DNA of 45,450 nucleotides. Origin: Rhodospirillales bacterium (GTDB lineage Bacteria > Pseudomonadota > Alphaproteobacteria > Rhodospirillales > JASLLV01). The stretch's first letter is position 1. Each line of letters begins with the position of its first letter. The stretch is from assembly GCA_030746935.1 (NCBI GenBank), contig JASLLV010000001.1, forward strand, positions 1-45,450, in the 5' to 3' direction. The position numbers were made by a program, and so were the translations under genes. Below, piece after piece: positions 18,564 to 28,678 of the stretch. The notes under the pieces were generated by a model. The model saw only the letters and a list, made by a program, of their open reading frames with translations. It searched no databases and was not told where the DNA came from.

Positions 18564-21538
18564 GCAAGAAACCCGAGCGCGCAATGCGGCCCCGCATCTT
18601 CACGATCCCGCCAAGCCATGGCTTCGTCGACGCGCTTGCCGCCGGCATCTTGCGGGGCGCCGGCGCAGACCCCTTCGCGCTTGCCAGAATGCGCGTGCTT
18701 CTGCCGACGAGGCGCGCGTGCCGCAGCCTGCGCGACGCCTTTTTCCGGGCCAGCGGAGGGCACGCCACGTTGCTTCCGAACCTGACGCCGATCGGCGATC
18801 TCGACGAGGACGAGATAGCGATCTCCGCGATCGGCGACGAAACCGGGGCCTCGGACGCGCCGTTCGATCTGCCGCCCCCCATCTCGGGCTTGCGCCGGCA
18901 GCTCCTGCTGACGCGCCTGGTGTTGGCGTTCGAGAGACGCAACGCCTCGCCCGACCAGGCGGCCCGACTTGCGGCCGAGCTCGCGCGCCTGCTCGATCAG
19001 GTCCAGACCGAGCGCCTGTCGCTTGCCGACTTGGGCGATCTCGTTCCCGATCGGTACGCGGCCCATTGGCAAATCACCCTTTCGTTCCTGAGGCTTTTGA
19101 CGGAACGCTGGCCGGAAATTCTCGCCGAAGAGGACTGCCTCGACCCCGCCGATCGGCGGAACCGGGTCCTCGAGGCGCAGGCCGAGCGTTGGCGCGTCGA
19201 GACACCCGAGGTGCCGGTGATCGCCGCCGGATCCACGGGAAGTATCCCGGCGACCGCCGATCTCTTGGGGATCGTCGCACAACTGCCGAATGGCAGCGTG
19301 GTGCTTCCGGGTCTCGATCTCGACGCTGGGCCTGAGGCTTGGAGCGCGCTGGAACCGTCGCACCCGCAGTACGGGATGGCGAGACTGCTGAGCCGCCTCG
19401 GGATCACGCGCGACGAGGTCGCACCCTGGCCGGAGCTCGAGGGATCGGCGCCCTACCCACCGGAGTCGCGGGCCCGACTGATCAATCTGGCGCTGCGCCC
19501 CGCGGCGGCCACGCGCGACTGGCTCGGTGAAAGCGGGGCCCATGCCGATGCAGTGTCCGGGGTCACCCGGATCGACTGTCCCGGGCCCCAAGAGGAAGCC
19601 GGGGTCGTCGCCCTCGTCTTGCGAGGCGCCCTCGACGTGCGCGGGCGGACCGCCGCCCTCGTAACCCCGGACCGCGATCTTGCCCGCCGGGTCGCGTCCG
19701 AGCTCGGGCGCTGGGGAATCGAGATCGACGATTCCGCCGGCCGGCCACTCGCGCAGACGCCGCCGGGTTCGTTCCTGAGACTTAGCGCGCGCATGGTGGC
19801 CGAGCGTTTCCAACCGGTTCCCCTTTTGGCCGTACTCAAGCATCCGATCGCCACCCTGGGACGGCCGGCGGCCGAGTTGCGCGCGCTCGCCCGGCGTCTC
19901 GAACGCGCCGCGCTTCGGGGACCGCGGCCGCGGCCGGGCCTCGCGTTTCTGCGCAGGACGACGAAGGGCAATGCGCCCGAGCTCAAGGCCTTGATCGGCG
20001 AGCTCGAGCGCGCGTCTGGCGACTTCGCGCGCGCGCTCCGGCGACGCTCGGTTCCGTTCACGAGCCTCGTCAGGGCGCACGTCGAGATGGCGGAAGCCCT
20101 CGCCGCTTCGGAATCGGGCGGTAGCGAACGGCTGTGGCGGGGCGAGGCGGGCGAGGCGGCGGCCGAATTCGTCGCCGAACTGATCGAGAGCGCCAGCGCG
20201 GTCGGCGCGATCCCCGGCGCAAGCTACCCGGCATTCTTCGATTCCTTGATTGCCGAGCGGGTGGTGCGGCCGCGCTGGGGACGGCATCCGAGGCTCGCCA
20301 TCTGGGGGCTGCTCGAGGCGCGCCTGCAACACGCCGACGTCCTGGTGCTTGGCAGTCTCAACGAGGGGACTTGGCCGCCCGAGGCCCACGCGAATCCGTG
20401 GATGAGCCGTCCCATGCTGGCGGACTTCGGCCTGCCGCTTCCGGAGCGCCGAATCGGCCTCGCCGCGCACGACTTCGTCCAAGCCTTCTCGGCACCCGAG
20501 GTGTACCTGACCCGCGCCGAGCGCGTCGAAGGGACCCCGACGGTTCCCTCTCGATGGCTGCTTAGACTCGAGACCCTGTTACGCGGGTCCGAGGCCGAAT
20601 TGGCGCTTGCCGCCGGCAAGTCCTGGCTTCCGTGGCAGCGCCACCTCGACCAGCCCGACACCGTCGCGGCGGCGCCCCGCCCGGCCCCCGCGCCGCCCGT
20701 TGCCGTACGACCGCGATCGCTTTCGGTGACCCAGGTCGAGACCTGGATGCGCGATCCGTACGCGATATATGCCCGATACGTGCTGGGCCTGAGGGCGCTG
20801 GAGCCCCTCGACGCCGATCCCGGGACTGCCGAGTACGGAAACTCGATCCACCGCGCCCTCGACGCATTCTTGAGAAAAGGCCCCGAGCTTGACGCCGACG
20901 GCGCGCTTCATGCGTTGATCGAGGCAGGACGGCGCGTGTTCGGCCCGGCTCTCGAACGTCCCGGTGTCTGGGCGTTCTGGTGGCCCAGGTTCGAACGCAT
21001 CGCGCATTGGTTCCTCGACTTCGAACGCCAACGCACCAGCGACGTCCGCGAGCGGCGATGCGAAGTCGAGGGCACGGTCGTGGTGGCGGGACCGGCCGGC
21101 CCCTTCACCCTTACCGCGAGGGCCGATCGGATCGATCGGCTGGCCGACGGCTCTCTCGCCATCATCGACTACAAGACGGGGGCAATTCCGAAGCTGGGCG
21201 AGGTCGCAGCCGGTTTCGCGCCGCAGCTTCCCCTCGAAGCGGCGATCGCGCATGCGGGCGGATTCAAGGGTATCGCGCGATCGGATGTGTCTTCGCTCGA
21301 GTTTTGGCGGCTCACCGGCCGCGAACCCGCGGGCGTGGTCACGACGGCCGGCGATGATCCAAGGGTGTTGGCCGAGAACGCCCTTGCGGGGCTCACGGCG
21401 CTGATCGCCGTCTTCGACGATTCCGAGATCCCCTACGAAGCGCGACCGCGACCGGCTGCGGCGCCGCGGTTCGGCGACTACGATCATTTGGCGCGGATCA
21501 AGGAATGGTCGGCCGCGGGCATGGACGAGAGCGAATGA
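18560..21538 (+). CDS. addB: Double-strand-break repair protein AddB (alphaproteobacterial type)
   Basis: 992 aa from MSKKPERAMRPRIFTIPP. It has a C-terminal PD-(D/E)xK nuclease motif, LAIIDYKTG. It is paired with addA. Confidence 0.85.
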   Translation: MSKKPERAMRPRIFTIPPSHGFVDALAAGILRGAGADPFALARMRVLLPTRRACRSLRDAFFRASGGHATLLPNLTPIGDLDEDEIAISAIGDETGASDAPFDLPPPISGLRRQLLLTRLVLAFERRNASPDQAARLAAELARLLDQVQTERLSLADLGDLVPDRYAAHWQITLSFLRLLTERWPEILAEEDCLDPADRRNRVLEAQAERWRVETPEVPVIAAGSTGSIPATADLLGIVAQLPNGSVVLPGLDLDAGPEAWSALEPSHPQYGMARLLSRLGITRDEVAPWPELEGSAPYPPESRARLINLALRPAAATRDWLGESGAHADAVSGVTRIDCPGPQEEAGVVALVLRGALDVRGRTAALVTPDRDLARRVASELGRWGIEIDDSAGRPLAQTPPGSFLRLSARMVAERFQPVPLLAVLKHPIATLGRPAAELRALARRLERAALRGPRPRPGLAFLRRTTKGNAPELKALIGELERASGDFARALRRRSVPFTSLVRAHVEMAEALAASESGGSERLWRGEAGEAAAEFVAELIESASAVGAIPGASYPAFFDSLIAERVVRPRWGRHPRLAIWGLLEARLQHADVLVLGSLNEGTWPPEAHANPWMSRPMLADFGLPLPERRIGLAAHDFVQAFSAPEVYLTRAERVEGTPTVPSRWLLRLETLLRGSEAELALAAGKSWLPWQRHLDQPDTVAAAPRPAPAPPVAVRPRSLSVTQVETWMRDPYAIYARYVLGLRALEPLDADPGTAEYGNSIHRALDAFLRKGPELDADGALHALIEAGRRVFGPALERPGVWAFWWPRFERIAHWFLDFERQRTSDVRERRCEVEGTVVVAGPAGPFTLTARADRIDRLADGSLAIIDYKTGAIPKLGEVAAGFAPQLPLEAAIAHAGGFKGIARSDVSSLEFWRLTGREPAGVVTTAGDDPRVLAENALAGLTALIAVFDDSEIPYEARPRPAAAPRFGDYDHLARIKEWSAAGMDESE

Positions 21539-24500
21539 CGGCCAATCCCAGCACCGCGGCGGAAGAGAGCCAGCGCCGGGCCGCGGACCCCGCCACCTCG
21601 ATCTGGGTCGCAGCTTCGGCGGGCACCGGAAAAACCAAGGTCCTGACGGACCGCGTGCTCAGCCTGCTGCTCGCCGGCACCCCACCGCAAAAAATCCTCT
21701 GTCTCACGTTCACCAAGGCCGCCGCGGCCGAGATGGCGACTCGCATCGCCGATCGCCTGGGCGGGTGGGCAACGGCATCGGAGGACAAGCTTTCGCACGC
21801 CATCCACGAGATTTTGGGGCGCAAGGCGGATGGGCCGACGATCGAGCGGGCGCAGCGGCTGTTCGCAGACGTGCTCGATACCCCCGGCGGGCTCGGCATC
21901 CAGACAATCCATGCGTTCTGCCAGTCCCTGCTCCGGCGCTTTCCCCTGGAATCGGGCATCGCGCCGCACTTCACGGTGATGGACGAGCGCGACGCCGCCG
22001 AAATGCTCGCCGGCGCCCGCGACAAGGTGCTGGCCCGGGCCCGCGACGGCGAGATGGATCTGGCCGAGGCTTTGGCGCGAATCGTGCGGGACATCCACGA
22101 AACCACCTTTCCCGAGCTGATGGCGGAATTGGCCCAGGGTCGGGTGAAGCTCGAACGGCTGATCCGGCGGTGCGGCTCGCGCGCGGAGGCCGCCGCATGG
22201 GCGTTCCGCCGGCTCGGGATCGAGATCGGCGAGACGCCCGAGAGCGTCGTCCGGGCGGCCTCAGCCGACGACGCGTTCGACGCGCTGGGCTTGCGCGTCG
22301 CGGTCTCGGCACTGGCCGACGGAAGCCCGCGCGACGCCGAGCGCGGCGGCGTCATCGCCGAGTGGACCGCAGCACCCGTGGACCAAAGGGAACGTGCCTA
22401 TTCCCAATACGCGGGCGCGTTCCTGAGCGGGATCGCCTCGGCCGAACCCGCGCGTGTCCGAAAAACCCTGATCACAAAGGCCGCGGCGCAAAAGGCGCCT
22501 GGCGCACACACCGTCCTCGGCGTCGAGGCGGAGCGACTGGTCGCGGTCGAGGCGAAGCGTCGCGGCGCGTGGACGGCGATGGCGACGGACGCGATTCTTG
22601 GCCTCGGCGAGTCCTTGCTGGCCGAATACGCCGCCGAAAAGGAGCGCCGGGCGCTGCTCGACTACGACGACCTGATCGTCGGCGCGCGCACCCTGCTGGA
22701 GCGGCCGGGGCTAGCGCCCTGGGTGCTCTACAAGCTCGACGGCGGCATCGACCACATCCTCATCGACGAGGCCCAGGACACCAATCCCGAACAATGGCGG
22801 GTGATCGCGGTCCTGGCCCAGGAGTTCCTGTCTGGCGAGGGGGCGCGCGACGGCACGCGCACCGTGTTCGCGGTCGGTGACGTCAAGCAATCCATCTTTA
22901 GCTTCCAAGGCGCCGACCCGAGCGCCTTTGAGCGCATGCGCGAGCACTTCGCCGCGGGCGTCAGGGCGGCGCACGGAAGTTGGGACGAGGTCGAACTCGG
23001 CGTCTCCTTCCGCTCGACGCCGGCGGTGCTGGACGCCGTGGATCGTGTGTTCGCCGGCACCGACGCCCGGCGTGGGGTGGCGCTCGACGGCCGCCGCATT
23101 GCCCATCGGGCCGCACGCGACGGCGCCGGCGGCCTCGTCGAGCTGTGGCCACCTGTCGAACAACGCCCCACGGACACGCCGACGCCCTGGAAACCCCCCA
23201 TAGACAGGATACCGGGCGACGACGTCGAAGCACGCCTGGCACGGCTGGTGGCGACGCGCATCCAGCGGATGGTGCAGGGCGTCGAGATGCTGGGATCCCA
23301 AGGCCGGCCGATCCAGGCTCGCGACATCATGGTCCTGGTACGCCGACGCGGCCGCTTTGGCGAAGAACTGGTTCGCGCCCTGAAGGAACGCGGCGTCGCC
23401 GTCGCCGGCGTCGACCGCATGGTGCTGACCGAGCAGATGGCGGTCATGGATCTGATCGCCCTTGGGCGCTTCGCGCTGATGCCCGACGACGACCTGACGC
23501 TGGCCACCGTCCTCAAGGGGCCGTTGATCGGGCTCGGCGAGGACGATTTGTTCGCCCTCGCTCATGGGCGCGAGGGGCGCCTGTGGGATGCGCTTCGCGC
23601 GGGCGCCGGCGAGGCGCAGTCCTTCGCCGACGCGTACTCCCAGCTCACGCACGTGCTTGCCCGCGCCGACGCGACACCGCCGTACGAGTTCTACGCCCAC
23701 ATCCTGGGTCCCGGCGGCGGCCGCGAGAAACTTGTCGCCCGGCTCGGCTTTGATGCCGAAGATCCCATCGCCGAGTTCCTGGATTGTGCTCTGGTTTTCG
23801 AACGCTCTCGCGCCCCGTCGCTCGAGGACTTCCTCCACTGGCTCGAGGCGGGCGCCATAGAGGTCAAGCGAGACCTGGAGCGCGAACGTCGCGACGCCGT
23901 CCGGCTGATGACGGTCCACGGCGCCAAGGGGCTTCAGGCGCCGATTGTCTTTCTGCCCGACACCATGCAGGTGCCGGCGAAGACGCCGAGGCTGTTGTGG
24001 ACCGGCAATGAGGCCGGATCGGTCGGCGCCGAAGGTCCACTGCTGTGGCCCCCGTCCCGCGCCGCGGAGGACCCCGTGTGCGTGGCCGAACGCGGCCGTC
24101 TTGCGGACCGCCGGGACGCCGAGCACCAACGCCTTCTCTACGTTGCCATGACCCGGGCCGAGGATCGCCTGTACGTCTGCGGCTGGTCGCGCAAGCGCGC
24201 CGCGCCTGAGGGATGCTGGTACAACCTGATCCAAAGGGGTATCGAGGACGCGGCCACCACCGAGCACGACGAATTCCTCGCTCGCGCCGACGAAATCGAC
24301 GCCGCGAACGTCTTGCGCCTCACCTCGATGCAAGTGGCACCACCACCCGAGACCGCGCCGCCCGCAACGCCCGAGGACGCAGACACGCTGCCCCCGTGGG
24401 CCACGCGCCCTGCACCGGCAGAGACGGCGGGCGGGCGGCCCCTCGCGCCGTCTGTGGATTGGGGGGACGAGCCGCCCGCGTTCTCGCCGCTCGAACCCGA

Positions 24501-25002
24501 CGGCGGCGCGCGGTTCAAGCGCGGTCGCCTGATTCACTCCCTGCTCCAGCACCTCGCCGACGCGGACCTAGGCGCGCGCGCGTCGGTGGCCGCGGCGTAC
24601 TTGGCCCGAGGCGCGTTCGCATTGACGCCCGCCGAGCGTGAAGAGATCGCCTCGGCGACGCTGGCGGTGCTGAACGACCCCGAGTTCGCTCCACTTTTCG
24701 GCCCCGGCTCCCGCGCCGAGGTTCCCCTCGTCGCCACCGTGGGCGAACACCTGGTCTCGGCGCGCCTGGACAGGCTTTTGGTCGAACCCGAGACGGTCAA
24801 GGTAGCCGACTTCAAGACAAATCGCGCACCGCCTGCTGACGCAGATGCGGTGCCGGTGGCTTATCTCCGCCAAATGGCCGTCTATCGCGAGGCCCTGCGC
24901 CAAATTTTCCCCGAAAAGCGGGTGCGCTGCGCGCTTCTGTGGACCGACGTGCCGCACTTGATGGCGTTGCCGGAGTCCCTGCTGGACGCACAGCTTCCTT
25001 GA
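21535..25002 (+). CDS. addA: Double-strand-break repair helicase-nuclease AddA
   Basis: It starts at MTANPS, with an ATGA overlap with addB. It has UvrD-type motifs (VAASAGTGKTKVLT, ILIDEAQDTNPEQW, VGDVKQSIFSFQGA, TVHGAKGLQAP, LLYVAMTRAEDRL) and a C-terminal nuclease motif (VADFKTNR). Confidence 0.9.
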   Translation: MTANPSTAAEESQRRAADPATSIWVAASAGTGKTKVLTDRVLSLLLAGTPPQKILCLTFTKAAAAEMATRIADRLGGWATASEDKLSHAIHEILGRKADGPTIERAQRLFADVLDTPGGLGIQTIHAFCQSLLRRFPLESGIAPHFTVMDERDAAEMLAGARDKVLARARDGEMDLAEALARIVRDIHETTFPELMAELAQGRVKLERLIRRCGSRAEAAAWAFRRLGIEIGETPESVVRAASADDAFDALGLRVAVSALADGSPRDAERGGVIAEWTAAPVDQRERAYSQYAGAFLSGIASAEPARVRKTLITKAAAQKAPGAHTVLGVEAERLVAVEAKRRGAWTAMATDAILGLGESLLAEYAAEKERRALLDYDDLIVGARTLLERPGLAPWVLYKLDGGIDHILIDEAQDTNPEQWRVIAVLAQEFLSGEGARDGTRTVFAVGDVKQSIFSFQGADPSAFERMREHFAAGVRAAHGSWDEVELGVSFRSTPAVLDAVDRVFAGTDARRGVALDGRRIAHRAARDGAGGLVELWPPVEQRPTDTPTPWKPPIDRIPGDDVEARLARLVATRIQRMVQGVEMLGSQGRPIQARDIMVLVRRRGRFGEELVRALKERGVAVAGVDRMVLTEQMAVMDLIALGRFALMPDDDLTLATVLKGPLIGLGEDDLFALAHGREGRLWDALRAGAGEAQSFADAYSQLTHVLARADATPPYEFYAHILGPGGGREKLVARLGFDAEDPIAEFLDCALVFERSRAPSLEDFLHWLEAGAIEVKRDLERERRDAVRLMTVHGAKGLQAPIVFLPDTMQVPAKTPRLLWTGNEAGSVGAEGPLLWPPSRAAEDPVCVAERGRLADRRDAEHQRLLYVAMTRAEDRLYVCGWSRKRAAPEGCWYNLIQRGIEDAATTEHDEFLARADEIDAANVLRLTSMQVAPPPETAPPATPEDADTLPPWATRPAPAETAGGRPLAPSVDWGDEPPAFSPLEPDGGARFKRGRLIHSLLQHLADADLGARASVAAAYLARGAFALTPAEREEIASATLAVLNDPEFAPLFGPGSRAEVPLVATVGEHLVSARLDRLLVEPETVKVADFKTNRAPPADADAVPVAYLRQMAVYREALRQIFPEKRVRCALLWTDVPHLMALPESLLDAQLP

Positions 25003-25090
25003 CGGCGACTGGACGCCTTCCTAGATTCTTGAAAGGGCGCGACGAAGACGCCAGTGCCGGCCGGCCGGAATTGGGCGAAACCGTTACGGG

Positions 25091-25417
25091 ATGAACATGA
25101 TGCAGAAGCAGGTTACCGACGACTCGTTCGAAACCGACGTAATCAAGGCGGACATGCCGGTACTCGTCGACTTTTGGGCGGAGTGGTGTGGGCCGTGCAT
25201 GCAGATCGCGCCGGCGCTCGAAGAACTGGCAACCGAGTTGGGCGAAAAGGTCACCGTGGCTAAAGTCAACATCGACGAGAACCCCGCGACCCCGACCAAA
25301 TACGGGGTGCGCGGTATTCCGACCCTCATGCTCTTCAAGGACGGCCAAGTGGCGGCAACCAAGATCGGCGCGCTGCCGAAGGGAAAGCTGCTCGAGTGGG
25401 TGGAATCGATCATCTGA
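25091..25417 (+). CDS. trxA: Thioredoxin
   Basis: 108 aa: [18 protein letters not shown]...[15 protein letters not shown]. Confidence 0.97.
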   Translation: MNMMQKQVTDDSFETDVIKADMPVLVDFWAEWCGPCMQIAPALEELATELGEKVTVAKVNIDENPATPTKYGVRGIPTLMLFKDGQVAATKIGALPKGKLLEWVESII

Positions 25418-25441
25418 CGCGCCGAGAAGCGCGTTGACGTC

Positions 25442-25476
25442 GAAGGCTCGCCGCAACGGCGGGCCTTTCATTTTTC
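25442..25476 (+). terminator. Rho-independent terminator of trxA
   Basis: The stem pairs GAAGGCTCGCCG with CGGCGGGCCTTT around a CAA loop (about 12 bp, including G-U pairs). It is followed by TCATTTTT. Confidence 0.7.
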
Positions 25477-25494
25477 GAGTTCGAAGGCCGTCGT

Positions 25495-26781
25495 TCAGCC
25501 GTTCTCGGCGAGAACCTCTCCCGCCAGATAAAGCGAGCCTGTGATCAGGACGCGCGCGGGCTGCGATCCTTGGCCGACAACTGAGCGAAGTGCCGCGCCG
25601 ACGCTCGCGCACGCTTGGGCGTCGAGGCCCAGGCGCCGGCCCGTCTCAGCCAGCGCCGCGGGATCGCGGCAAGTCTCGTGGCCCGGAATTGCAACCGTGC
25701 GCAACCGCTCCAAATGAGGCGCAATCGGGCGCAGGAATCCTTCCGCGTCCTTGGTCTCCATCATACCGACGATCAAATGCAGCGGCTTCTCGCACCATGC
25801 CCGCGCCTGAAGGGCGAGTGCGGCGCCCGCAGCCGCGTTATGACCGCCGTCGAGCCAGAACTCCCAATCCCGGGGCAGGATGCGCGCCAGCGGCCCCGCG
25901 ACAAGCATCTGGAGCCGGCCCGGCCAGACGGCCCGGATCAGGCCTTGCCCGATCGCTCGGTCGGGAACCGTGATCCCCGGGAGGATCTCCGTACAGGCGA
26001 TCGCAAGGCCGGCATTCGCCACCTGATGCGGCCCCGCCAGCGCCGGGGCGGGCAGCGCGAGACGCCTCGAGCGAGAACGATAGACGATGCCCCCGCGCGT
26101 CGCCCGCACCCGCCAGTCGGCGGGCGCGCGGAACAGGGACGCGCCCCGCGTACGCGCGCGTCTCGCGATCACGCGTGACGCCGCCACCGCCTGCGCCGCC
26201 ACGACGCACGCGACGCCGCGCTTGAGAATGCCCGCCTTCTCGCCGGCAATCGCTCTCAACGACTCGCCGAGATAGCCCTGGTGGTCGATCGAGATCGGAG
26301 TCAACGCCGTCAGCGCCGGCCGGGCGATCACGTTGGTCGCGTCCAGGCGGCCGCCGAGCCCGGTCTCGAGCAAGGTGACGTCGGCGGGGGCGCGCGCGAA
26401 GGCGAGCATGGCGGCGGCGGTGGTGATCTCGAAGAACGTGATCGGGTCTTCGCCGTTCACCGATTCGCATTCCTCGAGAAGGGCGATCAGCGCATCGTCG
26501 CCGATGGGACGCCCGGCGACCGAGATGCGCTCGTTGAAGCGAACGAGATGCGGCGAGATGTAGACGTGGCAGACGAGTCCCGCCTCTTCGAACATGGCCC
26601 TCAGATACGCGAGCACCGATCCCTTGCCGTTGGTTCCGGCGACATGGATCACCGGTGGCAGTGCGCTTTGCGGATTGCCGAGGCGGCCGAGCAGCGTCCG
26701 CACCCGCCCGAGCGACAGATCAATGACCTTGGGATGCAGGCGGTGCAGGCGTTCGAGAACGGCGTCCGGCCCGCGGTTCAC
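25495..26781 (-). CDS. folC: Folylpolyglutamate synthase / dihydrofolate synthase
   Basis: PVIHVAGTNGKGS, HVYISPHLVRFNERI, DGGHNAAAG. I prefer the GTG start at 26779-26781 (VNRGPDAVLERL...), because the longer ORF overlaps the 3' end of accD. Confidence 0.85.
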   Translation of the reverse strand: MNRGPDAVLERLHRLHPKVIDLSLGRVRTLLGRLGNPQSALPPVIHVAGTNGKGSVLAYLRAMFEEAGLVCHVYISPHLVRFNERISVAGRPIGDDALIALLEECESVNGEDPITFFEITTAAAMLAFARAPADVTLLETGLGGRLDATNVIARPALTALTPISIDHQGYLGESLRAIAGEKAGILKRGVACVVAAQAVAASRVIARRARTRGASLFRAPADWRVRATRGGIVYRSRSRRLALPAPALAGPHQVANAGLAIACTEILPGITVPDRAIGQGLIRAVWPGRLQMLVAGPLARILPRDWEFWLDGGHNAAAGAALALQARAWCEKPLHLIVGMMETKDAEGFLRPIAPHLERLRTVAIPGHETCRDPAALAETGRRLGLDAQACASVGAALRSVVGQGSQPARVLITGSLYLAGEVLAENG

Positions 26782-26810
26782 AACTTGCTCGCCTTGCGCG
26801 CGCGCCGAGC

Positions 26811-27806
26811 TTAGGGCGCCGCCGCGCCGCCGCCGGCCGGCGGCGTGTCCGGCGTATCCCACTCGTTCCCGTCCTTGTCCCCGGCCCGCGAGGAAACTCC
26901 GACCGCCAGCCGCGCCTCCCCTGGTTGGGGCGGTGCGCCCTCGCTGGCGGCCTCGTCCCGCTGGACGCACAACAGTCCGATGACACGAACCAACGTATCG
27001 CGCAGCTCGCTTCGGTGGACCACCATGTCGATCATGCCGTGGTCGAGCAGGTATTCGGCCTTCTGGAAGCCCTCGGGCAGCGTCTCGCGGATGGTCTGCT
27101 CGATGACGCGGCTGCCGGCGAAGCCGATGATCGCACCCGGTTCCGCGACGGCGACGTCGCCGAGCATGGCGAACGAGGCCGAGACGCCGCCCGTGGTCGG
27201 ATCGGCAAGAACCGTGACGTAGGGGAGCCCCGCTTCCTTGAGCTCTTCGATGGCGACGGTGGTGCGCGCCATCTGGACGAGCGAGAGAATACCCTCCTGC
27301 ATACGTGCGCCCCCCGAGGACGAAACCACGATCAGCGGCGTCCGCTCGGCGATCGCCAACCGGCTGGCGGCGACCAGTCCCTCGCCGACCGCGATCCCCA
27401 TCGAACCGGCCATGAAGTCGAAGTCGAGGACCGCGACGACCACGCGATTCCCGCCCATCGTCCCGTCGGCAACGATGAGCGCGTCCGACCCGCCGGTCTT
27501 GGCGCGGGCTTCACGCAGACGGTCGACGTATTTCTTGCGATCCCGGAACCTGAGCGGGTCGACGACGGTATCGGGCAGCGCGAGCGCCGTGTAAGCGCCC
27601 TCGTCGAACAGCATCTCCAGCCGGACGGCGGCTGCGATCCGCATGTGGTGGCCGCAATGCTGGCAGACCCAGAGATCCCGCACGAGGTCGCGGTGGAAGT
27701 TCATCTCGGCGCAACCCGGGCACTTGTGCCAAAGGTTCTCGGGTATCTCGCGTTGGCCAACCAAGCGGCGGAGCTTGGGGCGGACGAAATTGGTAAGCCA
27801 GTTCAT
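26811..27806 (-). CDS. accD: Acetyl-CoA carboxylase carboxyltransferase beta subunit
   Basis: [11 protein letters not shown]..., with the Zn-ribbon CPGCAEMNFHRDLVRDLWVCQHCGHH and GGARMQEG. The ATG at 27804-27806 overlaps the trpA stop (ATGA). Confidence 0.95.
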   Translation of the reverse strand: MNWLTNFVRPKLRRLVGQREIPENLWHKCPGCAEMNFHRDLVRDLWVCQHCGHHMRIAAAVRLEMLFDEGAYTALALPDTVVDPLRFRDRKKYVDRLREARAKTGGSDALIVADGTMGGNRVVVAVLDFDFMAGSMGIAVGEGLVAASRLAIAERTPLIVVSSSGGARMQEGILSLVQMARTTVAIEELKEAGLPYVTVLADPTTGGVSASFAMLGDVAVAEPGAIIGFAGSRVIEQTIRETLPEGFQKAEYLLDHGMIDMVVHRSELRDTLVRVIGLLCVQRDEAASEGAPPQPGEARLAVGVSSRAGDKDGNEWDTPDTPPAGGGAAAP

Positions 27807-28678
27807 CGCGATGCACTCCATTTCCGCGCCGACGCCCCGGTCGGCGGGCGGGCGGGCGCGCGGACCGCGGTCGCGAGCTCGCCCACGAAACCCAGGACCG
27901 CGGGCACCAGATCATCGCCCGCGCGGCCGTGGGCGTCCAGATGACCCGCAATCCGCTCGACGATCGCCGAGCCGACCACGGCAGCGTCGGCGACACCGGC
28001 GATGGTCGCGGCTTGTGCGGGGGTCTTGATCCCGAACCCGACAGCGACCGGTAGCGACGTGTGTTTGCGCACGCGCGCCACCGCCCGGGCAACCGCGTCC
28101 GTACTCGCCCTCTTGGTGCCGGTGATTCCGGTAATCGAGACGGCATAGGCGAACCCGCCCGCATTCTCGAGAACCCGGGCCATCCGGTCCTCTCCGGTCG
28201 TCGGCGCAACCAGGAAGATCACGTCGAGACCCGCGGTCCGGGCCGCGACGGCGAGAGGGTCCGCCTCCTCGGGCGGCAAATCGACGACGATCAGGCCGTC
28301 GACGCCCGCGTCCCGGGCCTCGGCCACGAAGGCATCGAGGCCGAACGCATATACAGGGTTGGAGTATCCCATCAACACCACCGGGGTCCGCGAATCCTCC
28401 GCCCGAAAATCCCGGGCGATCGCGAACGTCGTCGCCATAGTGGCGCCGGCCGCCAGCGCCCGGCTCGAGCTCGCCTGGATCGCCGGACCGTCGGCCATGG
28501 GATCGCTGAACGGTATACCGAGCTCGATCACGTCGGCGCCGCTTGCCGCAAGCCCGCGAACGATCGCGAGCGAGGTCGCGCGGTCCGGATCGCCGGCGGT
28601 GACGAAGGTAACGAGGCCGCAGCGCCCTTCGTCGGCGAGGCGGGCAAACTGCTCGGCAATGCGCCCCGGCGCGCTCAC
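27803..28678 (-). CDS. trpA: Tryptophan synthase alpha chain
   Basis: [12 protein letters not shown]...[20 protein letters not shown]...GFGI. The GTG start at 28676-28678 overlaps the trpB TGA (GTGA). Confidence 0.95.
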   Translation of the reverse strand: MSAPGRIAEQFARLADEGRCGLVTFVTAGDPDRATSLAIVRGLAASGADVIELGIPFSDPMADGPAIQASSSRALAAGATMATTFAIARDFRAEDSRTPVVLMGYSNPVYAFGLDAFVAEARDAGVDGLIVVDLPPEEADPLAVAARTAGLDVIFLVAPTTGEDRMARVLENAGGFAYAVSITGITGTKRASTDAVARAVARVRKHTSLPVAVGFGIKTPAQAATIAGVADAAVVGSAIVERIAGHLDAHGRAGDDLVPAVLGFVGELATAVRAPARPPTGASARKWSASR

